A stretch of 64,000 bases of DNA from Glaucostegus cemiculus (Eukaryota), in NCBI GenBank assembly GCA_976551045.1, contig CDPCPM010000012.1, forward strand, positions 12,400,001 to 12,464,000. Reading direction: 5' to 3'. Below, in pieces: positions 23,605-39,597 of this stretch. Positions within the stretch are counted from its first letter, which is position 1, and each line of letters starts with the position of its first letter. Under the pieces are notes generated by a model. The model was not told where the DNA came from, ran no database searches, and worked only from the letters and a program-made list of their open reading frames with translations. A program made the position numbers and the translations under genes.

Positions 23605-26304
23605 CATTGAGGGTCCCTGTATCTGAAATGAGGACCTCCTTAATTTAACCAGATCAAGAAAAATCTATTTGTGGCATAACCTTTTATTCACCTTTGCTTT
23701 TCCCTTGGATCAGTTCATTTCTCCTGCAGTACTTCAATATGTGTCAGTCTTAAATTGAGACTTGGGCAGAAAAGAAACATTATTAGATTCTGAAGCTCCA
23801 AAAATAAAGAAAAAAATGTTCTGAAGATTGAAAGTATAGTTTGAAGGGAAGCCCATAAGCAAAGAAATAATTCCATGAAGCCTGCCCATTATTAAAAGAA
23901 GTACCAAGCATCTAATTTGTAATTCAAAGAGTGTTGCAAAGAATTAATATGTTCGAATACTGTTATATGAGGCAGTGTAAACTATTAAGGTTTGAAGCAC
24001 TTCTATGCAAGGCCCAGTCATGTAAAAAATGCACCTGAGCTTTGCAATCATACAACATAACTTGGTGTCTACAATATTGCACTAAGAATTTTTGCACATA
24101 ACTTGCAGGCAAGCCTGCTTGCCAGGATCCCCAACCTGTTACGTGTCATAACCAATGAACAAACACCTCACAATGATCATGCCATTGTAAGTTCCAAGTC
24201 ATGAGTTGGTACATGTTTCACCAGACCTGTGCTGTTGGGTCATTTATTGCTTCTTGTTGTCCCTTCATCCAACATGTAGCAATGGTACATAACAGATGGG
24301 ATAACCGAACAAGCCTGTCTGGTACTTTATCTCAGTTAACAGTAAATCCATTTCATCATTAATCAGATAGCGTTTAGACATTATGCTGCTTTCTACTATC
24401 ACTAACTACATTCTCTGCCGAAACCAATTATTATCCCAGTCAGTAATTTGCAATTAATCTTTTTAAAACTGTAATGATATTTGAAGTATCATTTTAATAT
24501 TCATGGTATCATGTTTTGCACCTGAATGGAACCAATTGCTAACTTTCATGTGTGTACATCTTTCTATAGGAGCTGCAGGCTTAATGTTCACAGCCTCTCT
24601 TGGTCTTTTTGTGGTCTTGGCACGGCACCTGCTTTGGGCTGGGAAATCTCCTTGCAGGTTCATTTTTGTCTGGGTGAGATACGGTGTGGGATTCTCCCAG
24701 CTAGGGGACAATTGGCTCAAAAGTGCTTTGACCTGTTGGCAAATTGAACACAATATTTGTCCTATATTGTTTTGATCCATGGTCATTGGGAAGGAGTTGT
24801 CAGCAATTAACATTTGGTGAAGTACAATCCTTGGCTGTTATTCATGGTAGAGCTGTGGATACCTAATGGCAGGTGCCTCATCCCATCCAAAGGTGCACTT
24901 CAACCAGTGACCATAGGAGCAACTCTTGGCCACTTAGCCCCTCAATCTTCTTCCGCCACTTTAATGAAGTCTGATCTAATTTAATTACCCCATATGCCTC
25001 AATAGCATAGGGGTCACAAAGAGTCATGATAGTCTATGTTGTTGGGCTGAATGGTCTGTTCTGTGCTGCAAGGACTATATAATACAGGAAAAAAAAACTT
25101 TGTCCAGCAACGGATGCGGCATAGATTAAAATTATTCCAGATCTGTAGTTTTCCTACCAAATTGTTCTGTGCTCAAACAAGTTCAAATCCTTTTTCTTGG
25201 AAATGCTTTGACTCAAAACATTGTATCAGATACCTTTTTGACACAAATATAGATTCATTGCATATCAGAGGTAATAACTGCAATATCTTGACATTTATTT
25301 GGGACTTCAAGGAAATCCTGATGAATTTTAAATAATTTAATGTTTCTCTGCATATCAAAACTGACGACAATGTGCAAAATTAAATAGATTTCCATCTTTA
25401 GTATATTTAAGTAATTGGTATATAGCAGAACAAATCTCTTTTGTTCCTGGCCTATTTGACTTTTTTGAAGGTTTTATGTGATCTCTAACTCTTTGACATT
25501 TTTAGCCATTGTAAAGAAAGATATTTCCCTTGATGACTTTTAAATTTGATAATTGAGCTTCTGTGTACAACAGGTTAATATGAAGAAGGATCAGCAAGTG
25601 GTATTTAATGATGACAGAAAAAGAGTGTTTTTAAAAACTCCACTCTCCTATCTATTTGCTAGTCTTATTTTGCCTAAAGCTAAACGGTTTGTTTGGATTG
25701 GCTGAGCTGAATATTCAGCATATTATGTATACTTGGACTCTTTTTATAAAAATCTGCAGACTTGATAATACTTGGATGTAAGGAAAAATTGTTTGTATGT
25801 TAGCCATATGTCAAGCACTTGCAGTAAAACTTCTATCTTTTAATGCCTTAAGAATAGGGAGGTGCCTTGACATTTTCTTTATCGCTTCAACCTGTTAAAT
25901 GAACCTTTACACGCAGCTGCACGAGCGATGATTTATTTCAACAAAAGGTTGGCATATTGATGTGATGTGGAAGTGCTTATTGTTCCTGCTACAGGCTGAT
26001 AGAAATAAAATGGTTTGATGTTTTCAAATTGCTCCCGTGATTGAACATAATGGTGATGAGACCTACAATTAGTTAAACAGAAGGCCAGTGTTTACAGTAA
26101 GGAGTGTCATGGTTGGGACCAACCACTAAAGCTCAGTTACAATGTTGTTGCACCCAGGGGGGCTTTTAGACTTCCTCTAAGGAAACATTCATGTCATTTG
26201 TTCCCTGATGCTTAATGCAAATAAGCAGAGCTCTTAGTGTGGCTAAGTTAATCACCCATTCCAAAACAAGATGAATTACACAGTGAAATGTATAATGCTT
26301 GGAT

Positions 26305-26620
26305 GTCGGCTGTGGCTCAATAGGTAGCATACTTGCACAAGTCAAGGTTGTGAATTCATTTCCCACTCACTAATTGACACAGACTCGAAGGCATTCCACA
26401 GTGTGGTACAAGGCTGCCTTTTCGAAGGATGTAAAAGATCCCAGAGCATCCTAGCGACATGCCGGATATTTATTTCCTCCCTTGAGATTATTTTGTTATT
26501 ATCACTGCTCTTTCAGGGAATTTTGGTGCAAATTTGTTGTTTTATTTCTTGCATTCTTTAGTTGGCTACTGTTGTGCATTGGGACATTGAAGTTATGAAA
26601 GGTGCCGTTTAAATGCAAAT
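26305..26620 (+). mobile_element. DeuSINE/SacSINE1-like SINE
   Basis: tRNA-like head ggctgtggctcaataggtagcatacttgc...ggttgtgaattcatttcccactc; central ggatgtaaaagatcccagagca; tail gcattgggacattgaagttatgaaaggtgccgtttaaatgcaa. Confidence 0.6.
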
Positions 26621-27089
26621 CGTTTTTTTTCTTTTAGCTCCAATATATAGTCAGTGCATTGGCTCAGCATTGTTGAACTATATTCAGTGGAGAAACAGGA
26701 AAATACTCTCGCAATTAATTGAGCAACAAAAATTTTCTTCTGCGTATGCGAAGGCAATGGACTACAAAGCGACATGAAGGCTCCCTACCAACACCCCCCC
26801 CCTCCCCCCACCGACTTGTGAGTTGAGAACATCTGTTTTTGGCTTTTTGCTTTCCAACTTTAGACTCTTCATGACACCCAGTGGCAGAGCGCAAAGTTAT
26901 GGCAATTCCTCTGCGCTTGATGTCATTCAAGCTCAGAACCTTTACTAGGTTACACCTTCTACAGGAACAGTGACCTTAATCAAATGGTTGCAGAGGAATG
27001 GTAATAAGGGACCAAGGTATTGCATAATTTGCAATTTTGAATTTAAGTTTATAATTGTTTATGTGCTTTAGTTTTTACTCTTTGAAAAC

Positions 27090-27165
27090 CTCTTTCTTTG
27101 TCCTTTATCTGTCTCTTTCTTTCTGCTCTTTCTTTTTTCTGTCTTTTTTTCCTCTCTTTCTTTCG
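27090..27165 (+). repeat. Pyrimidine-rich low-complexity tract
   Basis: About 75 nt that are almost entirely C/T. Confidence 0.8.
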
Positions 27166-28879
27166 GGCCTGGATGATATGCTGCTGGCAGGAAATTCTGG
27201 GCTAGTGAGTAATTGCACCCATTGATCTTTACACTGCACTAGTGGACATTGTCCTTGTAAAGATCTATTTAATACTTAAGACCTCTGCTTGTTAAATACT
27301 ACCTTGGGTCCAGACTAATGGGTCAATACTAAAGGGAAAGCAAGCACAACCTCATTCCAAACTTGCCTGCTAGAGATGTGGAACCACTTTCAATTTGTTG
27401 CAAAGTGTGGCTTGCCCCATCCACAATTTGCATGTGAATAGCATCATTATTGTAATGGGTTTCAAAGCAAGAATTAGGTCTGCATGGTTATGCAGGCAGC
27501 TCAGTTTGAAATGCCCCAAGGCTACACTAAAACAGGCAATAATGCTGAACCATCTATAAAAGAATATCATTTAAAAAGGAAAATTAGTTCTAAATTGGAG
27601 AGGAAAAACACATCCAGAAGGCAATGAAGAAATAGTCATCATTGGAGATTGTTGGATGACATGCTATTGAAGGGAAATCAGTGCGGAGTCGGGTTTATTG
27701 TTTTGTGGGGATGTGTGCAGTGCACTGCAGCTACTACTGACGGGAGAGATAAAATTATGCTGAATGTGTGCCGCTGAATGTGTAAGAAGCTGATCTCTAA
27801 CCAGAATGGTAAATGTTATTCTGCTTTTATTTCCCTGTGTGTGGTGGTGATGGATTTTGAGTTGGCCTAAATGTACTTTTAGTTTCATGGCATGGTGCAT
27901 TATTTAAATAGTCACTATAGTTTTTGTTGTGCTCCATCTAAGTGGAGAGTTGGTTTTGGTACTTGATGGCTTTGGGCCAGGCTTTTACTGCAAAACAATA
28001 GTAGGCTAATAGTGGAAATTGGACGGCAACTTATGCAACCATAATACAAAGTAAAATGTGTATCTCTTGAAGCAGAGATGCCCTGCTCCTCCAAGTGTTG
28101 TACAATAACATTACCTTGTATTACTTGCCATTGTAAGACATAGAACAGTGTGGGGTGTTACTAGTGTTCAAAGAGCTTATCCTTGTTTCTTTGACATGAA
28201 CTAAACAAAACTCTGTCCATTCCCGTATTAGTACCTTTTTTTAACACATGATGTGATAAGTCTTCATTATTGCCAAGCAACATTGCTGGGACTGAGTTCA
28301 ATCTGAATTTGTGCATAACCTTTCTAAAAAAAAAAAGTCATATCTTATATCTCTCTTCAGCTTTTTTTCTGTCTTGCTATTGTTCTTTGCTAGCTATCTG
28401 ATTAGACATTCAATTTGCAATGTGCACTTTCTAGTTCAGGCTCTGCTCATTGAAGGTCCCTTACTTTGATTGAGGAGACCTGCAGTTGCTTATTCAATTG
28501 GCACAAGTCCCAGATGATCTATTCAAGGTGTGGTGCTTTATAGACAGTTGGGTGACAGTATCTTCAGTGGAATGCCTGCAAAGTCTACAGGATAGTAGTG
28601 TTATTTCCAGTTGTTGCTGAATGTAAGCTCTGGGCAATTATTCATTTTGTGATATAACTGAATACTAGCATTTTCTCTGTGCACAGGCATGATTTGTAAA
28701 CTCTTGCAAGCAAAGGATAGATTTTTCTGATGCATATGGTTTCTTTATGTAAAATTGTCAGTTATGCACTCATGTAAGGCCATTAAAATTCTCTGCAGAA
28801 TTCTAGCTGAACGTTTTTAATAAAAAAAGGCTGCTGTTACTTCAAGGTTAAAGAATGAGGATAATTAAATATTGAAAGA

Positions 28880-29225
28880 ATTGTTTTAAACTGCCCTTGA
28901 AATAGATAGGCGGAGCTCACGGATGATTTTGAGAGAATAAGTAAGAACAAGGCAAATGGGAGACATGGATTTAACGTGAATAGCAAAAGAATCAGAGTTG
29001 ATATAAGAAACATTTAATTTACACAGCAAATGAGTTGCAATGACTGACAGGCTAGTGGAAACAGATTTCATAGAAACCTTCAGGAGAATTGGCAAAATCC
29101 ATTCAAGGGAAAAGAACGCTGGAACTATGGACATGTGTAAGGAAGTGGAACTAATTGGACAGCTTCACCAAAAAGCCATCACTGACAAGATGGACTGAAT
29201 GTTCCCATCATACCTTATGTCATTG
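28880..29225 (+). mobile_element. Old CR1-type LINE 3' end
   Basis: gggagacatggatttaacgtgaatagcaaaagaatcaga...tttacacagcaaatgagttgcaatg...gctagtggaaacagatttcatag echoes the CR1 C-terminus (RGH.FKV...FFTQRV...VVEA); ends in gatggactgaatgttcc. Confidence 0.55.
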
Positions 29226-29399
29226 TGATTTAATTTTGGCAGATGTTCTTAACTTCACTAAGTAATTGTGCTGAGGTATTGGTCGGCTAATTTGTAACCT
29301 TAGCCCACAAATGTTATTTCACCACAATTTTCTTTGGTGGGGGTGAAAGTATCATTGGGATGTAGGGAATTACAGCAGTGAATTTACATCAACGTTCCC

Positions 29400-29675
29400 A
29401 CTATTAGAAATAAAAACAAGAATGGCTGGTTTGAGTGTTGACTTTAGGGTTAAATATTGACAAGACATCTGGAGTTCTTTCAATAGTGCTGTTGTTACTC
29501 TGCCATGACCACTTAAGTGGAAGGAGACCTTGTCTTCCTTCTACAGGTTGGTATGTTCACCTGCACAACATTCCCTTTGTTCTTTCTTGAAGGGCTAGAT
29601 TGTGCTTGTGTTTCCTGCATGGTGTTAGAACCTATGACTTTCAAACTGCCAAGAGTGCTGCCACTCAGTCCAGGT
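29400..29675 (-). mobile_element. Degenerate DeuSINE-like element
   Basis: gttgactttagggttaaatattgacaagacatctggagttctttcaatagtgc and head gaacctatgactttcaaactgccaagagtgctgccactcagtc (reverse complement of a tRNA-like head). Confidence 0.45.
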
Positions 29676-29685
29676 ATTGTGCTTG

Positions 29686-29998
29686 CAGAATAAAACTCTT
29701 AATAATTGGACACGTTTGGGACTTGGATGCTGAACTAGCAGATTATCCAGATTATTGGATGCTATACCCAATACAACATTAATTCATTTTATTTAAATAT
29801 TCCACAGTATTATTTCCTAGTGAACCTGGCAAGTTTAAAGGGAGCATAGGGACTGGGCTCCTAGCATGTGGGAAGGGAGCACAGGGACTGGGGCCCTGAT
29901 GTATTAATTGGAGTGTGGCCTACATCACCAAGTGAATGAGATGCTGAACCATCAAGGTTTCTGAATGGTTGGATGGTGTATTTTAGAGTTTTGCTCTA
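29686..29998. mobile_element. Possible Tigger/pogo-like MITE remnant
   Basis: Imperfect terminal inverted repeats cagaataaaactct (29686) and agagttttgctcta (ending 29998); internal duplication aagggagca(t/c)agggactggg at 29838 and 29873. Confidence 0.35.
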
Positions 29999-30574
29999 TT
30001 GGGAAATGGAGTGTCTGACTCATTGGCTCTGTGGTAGCATTCTTGCCCATTTTTACACCAATAGAAGCTTCAGTGGTTGAAACTGTTGTTACCTCAATTC
30101 ACCAGAGGCTGTCCATACATGCTTCCAAATAATTTTGTCATTGTTAAGTAGTTGGAATCAGATTTCACATTCTCACACTTGGGTGGGCAATGTTGTGAAG
30201 GTGGGGTAAGTGGTGGGGTTTGGAAATGAAGGTAGGTTTAAAAAAAATCAATGCAATATTTAAACCATGCACTGTTGTCAGCAGCAATAGAGCCAAATAA
30301 ATGGAGAGCAACATGTGTTTTGTAAATGATATAATCGTATATTGCTGAAGATTCTATTGATAATTATAAATATTAATAACAATGACATTGTTTTCTAATT
30401 ATTTGAAGCCATGCTCTTGATGTACAGAAATGAGAAGGAACATCTTATTACCATTTCTTACAAGTATTTGAATGTGTTCAGAATGTGCATCTTTTTTTAA
30501 AGAATCCATTAAGTTGAGTTAAGCTGTGGAATCTGTCTCCATATTCTATGTTCCTATAAAATGCTATAGTATGA

Positions 30575-30605
30575 TCCTGTTTTCTCTTTTTATGTCATCT
30601 TGCAG
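30575..30605 (+). other. LRRN1: Splice acceptor of the LRRN1 coding exon (exon starts at 30606)
   Basis: Polypyrimidine tract tcctgttttctctttttatgtcatcttgCAG ends at 30605, 218 nt upstream of the ATG. LRRN1 genes typically have a non-coding first exon and a single coding exon. Confidence 0.75.
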
Positions 30606-30811
30606 ATGCCACTGATGCCAAGACAGACTTGACATCACTGATAGTTTTTCTCATGCACCTATAACTGAGACGCAACCGAGGACCAAGAAGCTTTCTGGCT
30701 TGTTAGCAGCCCAGCATTAAATGCATCAGGTATCCTTCTGTATCCGCAGCTCTCTTCTGCTATTACCTTCTATATCCGATGGTTTGAATTGTTGAAGTCC
30801 CTTGATAATAG

Positions 30812-32983
<2,172 letters not shown>

Positions 32984-33610
32984 CTGGAGGAATTTTGCTT
33001 CTAGTTAAGGGAGCACAAGACTTTTTTTGCTTTTATCTGCAAAAGTGAAAGTTCAGAACCTTTTTTGTATTTTGACTTTGCTAACTTGTGGCAGAGCTGT
33101 GAGGACAGGTGGATATTTCAGACTTTTAGTATAGCGTATCGCCTTTGTTGGACGTTTTTTTTAAAGAAGGCAGCTCCATTTATCTTGCTAAATGCCTCAG
33201 TTACTGTGCTTGATTATACCTTTCTCTCTCTCCATTGCAGAACTCCCAGATGTAAATCAGTGATAGTCCAGGTACATGCTTTTAAAAGAACGACAAGCCT
33301 TTGGAGGGTCACTCATTCACTAAAAGCTGATCACCTTAATTATCAGTCACTGATGCATTTCCATGTTATAGTTTGTTTTTAGAATCTTGAAGCTGACATA
33401 GGGGATTAGACCTTCTATTGAATGCTGTTAGCAAACTTAAATTGTATTGTTGTATCAACTATAATTTGCTTTTTTTTTTAAATTGAAAGCCCAAACACCT
33501 GTAAATTTTATTTGCCACCTTTGCTTGAATTAGTTTTACAACTTAGAAAAATGTGTGGTTAATATTTAATAAAACAGTAATAGAATAAAGTGCTTTAAAA
33601 TGCTACATAA
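32984..33610 (+). terminator. LRRN1: LRRN1 3'UTR with tandem polyadenylation signals
   Basis: AATAAA at 33568-33573 and 33584-33589, about 600 nt after the TAA stop, in U-rich UTR-like sequence. Confidence 0.65.
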
Positions 33611-35039
33611 AAAGGTACATTTTAGGTGATTTTACTAAGGGACTTTAGCTGCCAGGTTTTTCTGAATGTCTCTAACTGCATTTAGTATCAATAGTTTAAC
33701 ATAATGAATTTTATTGTGAGAAGTAGATTGTGAAATGAGGACAAAACTACATTAAATCACAGTTTTGATCTTGATTTTTATAGAGCTTTGAGTCTCTGAT
33801 TAAAGTGTTATTCTCTGAGGTTATCCCTATTGTCTCTGCAGATTTCCTACACAGTGTGACATTTGACAAATTGAGGTGCTGATGCTAATTCCTCCCTGAT
33901 TGCAGGAAGAAATTAAGCTCATCATTGGAAGTGGGTCTGACACCCGGCAACTTCAATGAACCATTTCAGATAAAGAGGTTATTGTGAAATTGGGACTAGT
34001 GTCATAATTTTGATGAAGCATAATTTTCATAGTAGAAACCAAGGTTAAGTAATCTTCAATCTCTTAATAAGCATAAAAATGGGAAAAGTAGATCTTAATA
34101 TTTATAGCACTCCCCGTGAGTGAAGCTTAAAGGGTTGGCCACTGCTTGAACCCAATACACTTTGGTGCTTTTTTTCTGTCCTTTAGATAATTAAGTAGAG
34201 TGTTTCCCAGTAGAAAAGTATTAACCATCCTATGGCCTCAAATTTAGTCTACCATTTTGCTTCGTGAATCTTCTCTCTGCCTAACTGAATGCAATAAGCA
34301 ATGACTATATTTTTGTCTGTAGCAATAATCTTAAAACTTGTGCTGTGTTTTTGAAAGCAGCAACAAGGGTTCTGCAGGATTACTATCATTAACATTTATG
34401 TTTCCAGGTTTGGCAAACAACAGGCTCCTACCTCACAACAAGCGGCTAAGCTAAAGATGCAGAAGATAAGATATTTCAATACTTGACCTTTTTATTCACA
34501 TGCAGTTGAATGACCACCAGCAATGGTACTTGCACATGGTTGGAATGTTTTATAAATTGAGCCTGAAGTTTGTAAATCCACTGTTTGATCTTCCGTCCTA
34601 AAAGTCTCCATTGAATTTGTGTCAGAGGCATGATCTGATGATGCAGTTTGTTTGTTTGATCCAGTTAACTGCATTCACAGACAGAAGTTCAATTCTGTCT
34701 TAAATGGCCATGTCCTTCATCTTCCTTTTGGGTTCTGTTGAGAATTGCCTATGTCCTTCAAGGATCCCTGGGTTTCACTTGCCATTGGATCTTGAATCAG
34801 TTCCTTGATTTTTATCCAGGCTTTGTTCCACTTGTTATCACTGTTGAAATTGAGGAGAGGGTAGGATGACAAAGGATTCCTTAAAATCAGGCTGTGGGAT
34901 GGGGCTGTAGTAAAGAACAATGGCTGTACCAAGCCACTGAATCACTTCCTACAAATAAATGATACATTGGAAATCTAGTTTGTGGCAATATTTTATGCTG
35001 TCCTTCAAGGCTTTTTACAACTATTAGCTTCAATAAGAG

Positions 35040-35375
35040 TACAGTGGCATAGTGATTAGGTTGCTTGAGTAGTATCCAGAAGCCTGGGCCATTGATTCAG
35101 AGACACTAGTTCGAAATCTGTTGCCATAGTTAAAGAAGTTGAATTCAAGCAATTTAAATCCAGAATACTAGCATCAGTAATGGTATCCATGGAATTACTG
35201 GATTGTTGTAAAAACTAATCAAACTCATTAATGTCTTTTGGGGAAGGAAATTTTATTCCTACTTTACTGAGATGTGACTCCAGATCCACAAACATTTTAC
35301 TGCTTCCTTGGGTAAGAGGCAATTATGCATGAATAATAAGTGCTGTTATTGTCCACATACACTAAAGGAATAAAC
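35040..35375 (+). mobile_element. tRNA-derived SINE with LINE-derived tail
   Basis: A-box-like tggcatagtgattagg, B-box-like agttcgaaatc, body gcatcagtaatggtatccatggaattactggattgttgtaaaaac, tail ggcaattatgcatgaataataagtgctg; paralog of 2282-2620. Confidence 0.6.
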
Positions 35376-35850
35376 TTACCACGAAAACAGAGCCTCAGCT
35401 TTATTTCCTGAACATATCATTACTATTTTAAAAGGCGCAGATTTCATATTTACCGAAGAATTAAAGGATTCCCAGGTCTGTAAAATGGTTTGAAACCAGG
35501 ATATTGCTAATTGTGATTGGCACAGCATAACTGTCATGAATATGTTAATTTTTGATTTAATAAACATTTGTCTTTTACAATATTCATAGGTAGCCATCAC
35601 TCCTTTATTCTGAGGGTACATTGGGTTCTCTGTAGACACTCTTATTCTAAATATTGTTGAAGGGAGTAGCCAACAGGAATTTGGCTGGTGAAAGTCAAAT
35701 AAACTGATGTGAAACCATTTCTATCAATTGGTTTGTGGGGCGGGGGCTGATTTTATTACTATTATGGTACTTCCAGCCTTGCTACGATGTTGCGAAACAG
35801 GACATTGCATTGCTTTGTTCCTATAATTTTTTTCTTGGACCAGATTGATG

Positions 35851-35919
35851 ATTTTAAAGTTGGTACCCTGATTTAAACTTATGTTATTTTAAAATCATGT
35901 TGGTACCCTGATTTAAACT
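35851..35919 (+). repeat. Short direct duplication (21-bp identical core, 40-bp period)
   Basis: gttggtaccctgatttaaact at 35859-35879 and 35899-35919. Confidence 0.9.
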
Positions 35920-38900
35920 CAACTGATATTATTCCTTTCTGAAAACTCACTCTTTGATGCAGAGGGATGAGGTGTTCATATTTAATTGTCACCTTTAAAA
36001 CACTTCTTTCAGATTACTTGCCTTCTCCCTTGAACTGAATTGTGAGTGTCTGTTTTATATTTTAAACTTGCCAAAAGAGATTATGCCATACCCAGGCACA
36101 AGAATTTTTTTGCTTGCAGAAGATAGTACAGTATTGAAAATTTTGCTGGTCCTTTGTAGAAAAAACATTCAGTGTAAGATTGGTTTATTCACTGAAGGTA
36201 ATCAACTAATTATACATAGTGTTTCTTTAACACTATACTTCCTATTTACCGCTTTGTCACATTGGCATTTGTAATTTGGTTATTTGATCTGTGGGGTGGG
36301 TTTTTAATCTGTGCAACTATATTTACTTTGAAAGAAAACTTGGCACCTGATGAAATATCTGTAAACGTTTTGGTGCATGCAAAATTAATCCAAAATTGTG
36401 GTTTAAATGATGACAAGTATTGGTGTTTGCTGTTTGCTGTCACTGCTTTTGTTAAATTACAGCAACTTGTATTGACCATGCATACAATTAACTGCAGAGA
36501 TTAGTGTCAGAGAGGCTCTACTAACCATAGGCTCCTCCATCAACATCTTTGCTGATGTATCCAACACAATCTTAAATGTTTTTTAATAGCAAAAATATGA
36601 TCTGAAAAGCATTAAGCATTATTGAGTGAGGGAGATTTTAATAAGCCATAATTTCTTGCTGAATTAAAGTGCAGTGTCATTCCTGCCATTTTGGCAAAAG
36701 TCACAGATTTTAAAATATTTTGACTTAGGAATTGATCCCTTCACATTTTGGGCTTGACCGGATCCTAAATGGATCAGTAGGAGATGATGGCAGCTGCAAC
36801 TTTCTTCTTGGAGCTACAGTTAATTGATGGCTGTTTTTGGAACAGCCATGTGCCATTAACCATGTAGTGAAAGGGACTCCCCTGTAAGGTTAGCCCCTTT
36901 GCTTGTCCCTATAGCCAGCCCAACCTCCCATGGAACACAGCCTTTCCTAGCTCCCAACTCTTTTGCTCCAGGCCCCAGGCATCTGAATACAGATTGCAGC
37001 ACCCCTCTCATTTCCCTGCAATCCTCCTTGTCAACCTCTTTCCTGCCCTATCTACAATCCCTAGCCCTGCTCACTTCATTCATTACAACTACAATCCACA
37101 AGGATGCCTCACTGCCCCAGCTTCTATCCACCACCATTGCCACTTGCTATCATACTGATACTCCCAGACAGTTAGAACAGATCATACAGTTTTTGACCTT
37201 GAAAATGTGTAATGCATTGCAGGTCACACCAAAACAGCAGGAATCTCAGCCACTAGTTCACATACTAAATGGCTGGTTGCCCATCAAGTGACATTACCCC
37301 AGTATTATGGGGTTCTCCAATAACGAGACCTCTTTATTGTGATAATTCATCCTCTGATGTAACCTACTCGTATGTTCCAATCTTTATTTTTTTCTTCTAA
37401 AATAACAGTTCTACAATCCAGCATTTTATTCCCTGCCTTTGCCAGCTATAGTTGGAGAATTCTTCAATCTAATTGTTGGTTCTGCTTGGTAAGTTCGCTG
37501 CTATTGGATATGGATATCTGTGATAGATGGCAAACGTCAGAATAGAGGAAATCATTTGGGTGTCGGCAATTTGCACAATACTGCTGATAAATCCTCCCAT
37601 TGATGTTTGCAATGTAAGTACCTATCTGTTTAAAAAGACTTTAAAACTGAATTCCTCAAAATTTCATGTTAGTAAAAAGTTATCATGTGATAAATTTTGC
37701 CTTGGCCTTGTGGTGGATTTCTGTTACTTCCTTCTGTTTTGGTTTTCTAAGCAGGCACCGTATTTAGTACTTTAGATAAATCAGGAATCCACAAAAAAAT
37801 CACTAATTCACTAACTTTATACTTTAACAATCTCCTGATGGTGGCAACAATGCAGCATCAGAACTGCGTGGCACCTGCAAGCAGACCACTATTTCGAGGC
37901 CTAAAATGGCCCAGAGTCGTTAAGAGTGATGGGATAACAATGGGACCAGCAATTGCAGTTTCATTCACTGATGCGCATGATAGATGGCTGTTGTGATCTT
38001 AACCAGAAGTGTCTGTGCAGAAGATCGCAACATACGAAAATTATATTCATTATGACAGAGCGGGTATGCAAAACAGTGTACCAGTTGGGACACATGAATT
38101 CACACATGGATGAAGACTTGCTCCTTGTTAGACTGTCAGTTTAAAAATAAAGTTTAAAAAGATGTGACATTCAGGTGCAGAGCAGAGGTATGGTCCATGT
38201 TGATGATATTGTTACATGTGTGAATGACACTACAGCAAGATTTGCCATCCTCTACTGTTTCACGACTGAAGTGTCTTATCCTGGGTGAAGACTCTATGAG
38301 AAATGGGGACAAATGTGTTAAATCATGCACCAAATGGATTTCATTCCATCCATGCGTGAAATGGCGTGCCTGGCGCCTGTCCTGAATTGAATATTTTCTT
38401 GTGGATTTCTAGCATAAATAATAATTGCAAAGTAATGCAATATCTCCATTTATTTTTCAATGTGCCCTTGTCTATTTCAGGACTGCCACATTCCTCCAGG
38501 CCACCCTTTTCCCTAGCATCATTGTAGAAAATTTGTGTTGACTTTGGCAAGGGATGTTACTTACTTATTTGTATCTCTAATCTGTCCATCCTTTTTTTAG
38601 TTCAGCCTGGCATGGAGTTCCTGACTGTTCATTCCTCTGTGGATGAGAGTATGGATGGTCAGCAGGACCTGAGGAAACCCAAGCAGCTTCTTGTTAATGC
38701 TGGATCACAGGAACAGGAGGAACCATTGCAAAAAAAGGACAGATTTACCTTAAACACGGAAGTCTTGTTTTGAAAATTAGCTCTAAATTGACACATCACT
38801 CATCCTTCTGGCAATAACAAAATAAGTAAAGGTTTGGGACGGTGGGGAGAGAGGAGTGCAGTGTAAGGTGAACAACAGGAGATTGCCTCTCAAATACTTC

Positions 38901-39597
38901 AGTTCTTCTACCTTGCCAGGGAGCACCACTCAGACCTGAAATATGGACCCTGCCCATTATATTATGTGCACCTCTTCAGCTCACTCAAGTTGCCAGATCT
39001 TGGGCCAAATGTCTCACTAGTAGTGACAGGCATTGAGTTGATGCATGTTTGGTTGTAGTTTCTGGTGGGAGGAGTGCACAGAGAGCAGAGAAGGGCACTG
39101 TGATGTATATTGGGTCCAGTGATTTGCTTTGAATCCCGGTTCCATAGATCTTATTTCAGAGAAGTTAAATTAAAAGAATTTTTACCCCTGTGGTAGTTTG
39201 GAGTTTTGCAGACCTAAAGGAATATTGGAATTATTTTCCTGTCTGCTGAAATATTGGCCTATAATTACTTTGCATTGTTAATCAATGCTGGAATTTAAAT
39301 TCATGCAAAAATGCAGAGAGCTTGCACAGCAGCCAATGTCACTTCACCTTGTATTCCTCTTAAAGTTGCAGCTAGGGTGTTGTGTTTAGTCTTTATTTTA
39401 GAAAAAGCACTTTCTAGAGAATTTTCTACTGCCAGCACCGTCCACCTTATAAACTGTAACAACTTCTGTTACTTTCACATCTGATACAATCTCTGCTCCA
39501 ACTTATATAAGTCAACAGAGCCCATTTGTCATGTTACTCCAAAGCAGTGTTCCCACAGGGAACTCTTTGCTTTCTCCGATGCTGTTCCCCAATGAGC

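Noticed and set aside
33820-33980. Extra LRRN1 3' exons (acceptor-like tctctgcAG at 33841 and tgattgcAG at 33905)
   Set aside because: They lie beyond two canonical polyA signals, there is no convincing upstream donor, and such motifs occur often by chance.
35851-35919. CRISPR-like repeat-spacer
   Set aside because: Only two repeats, a 19-nt spacer, no cas genes, and a vertebrate context.
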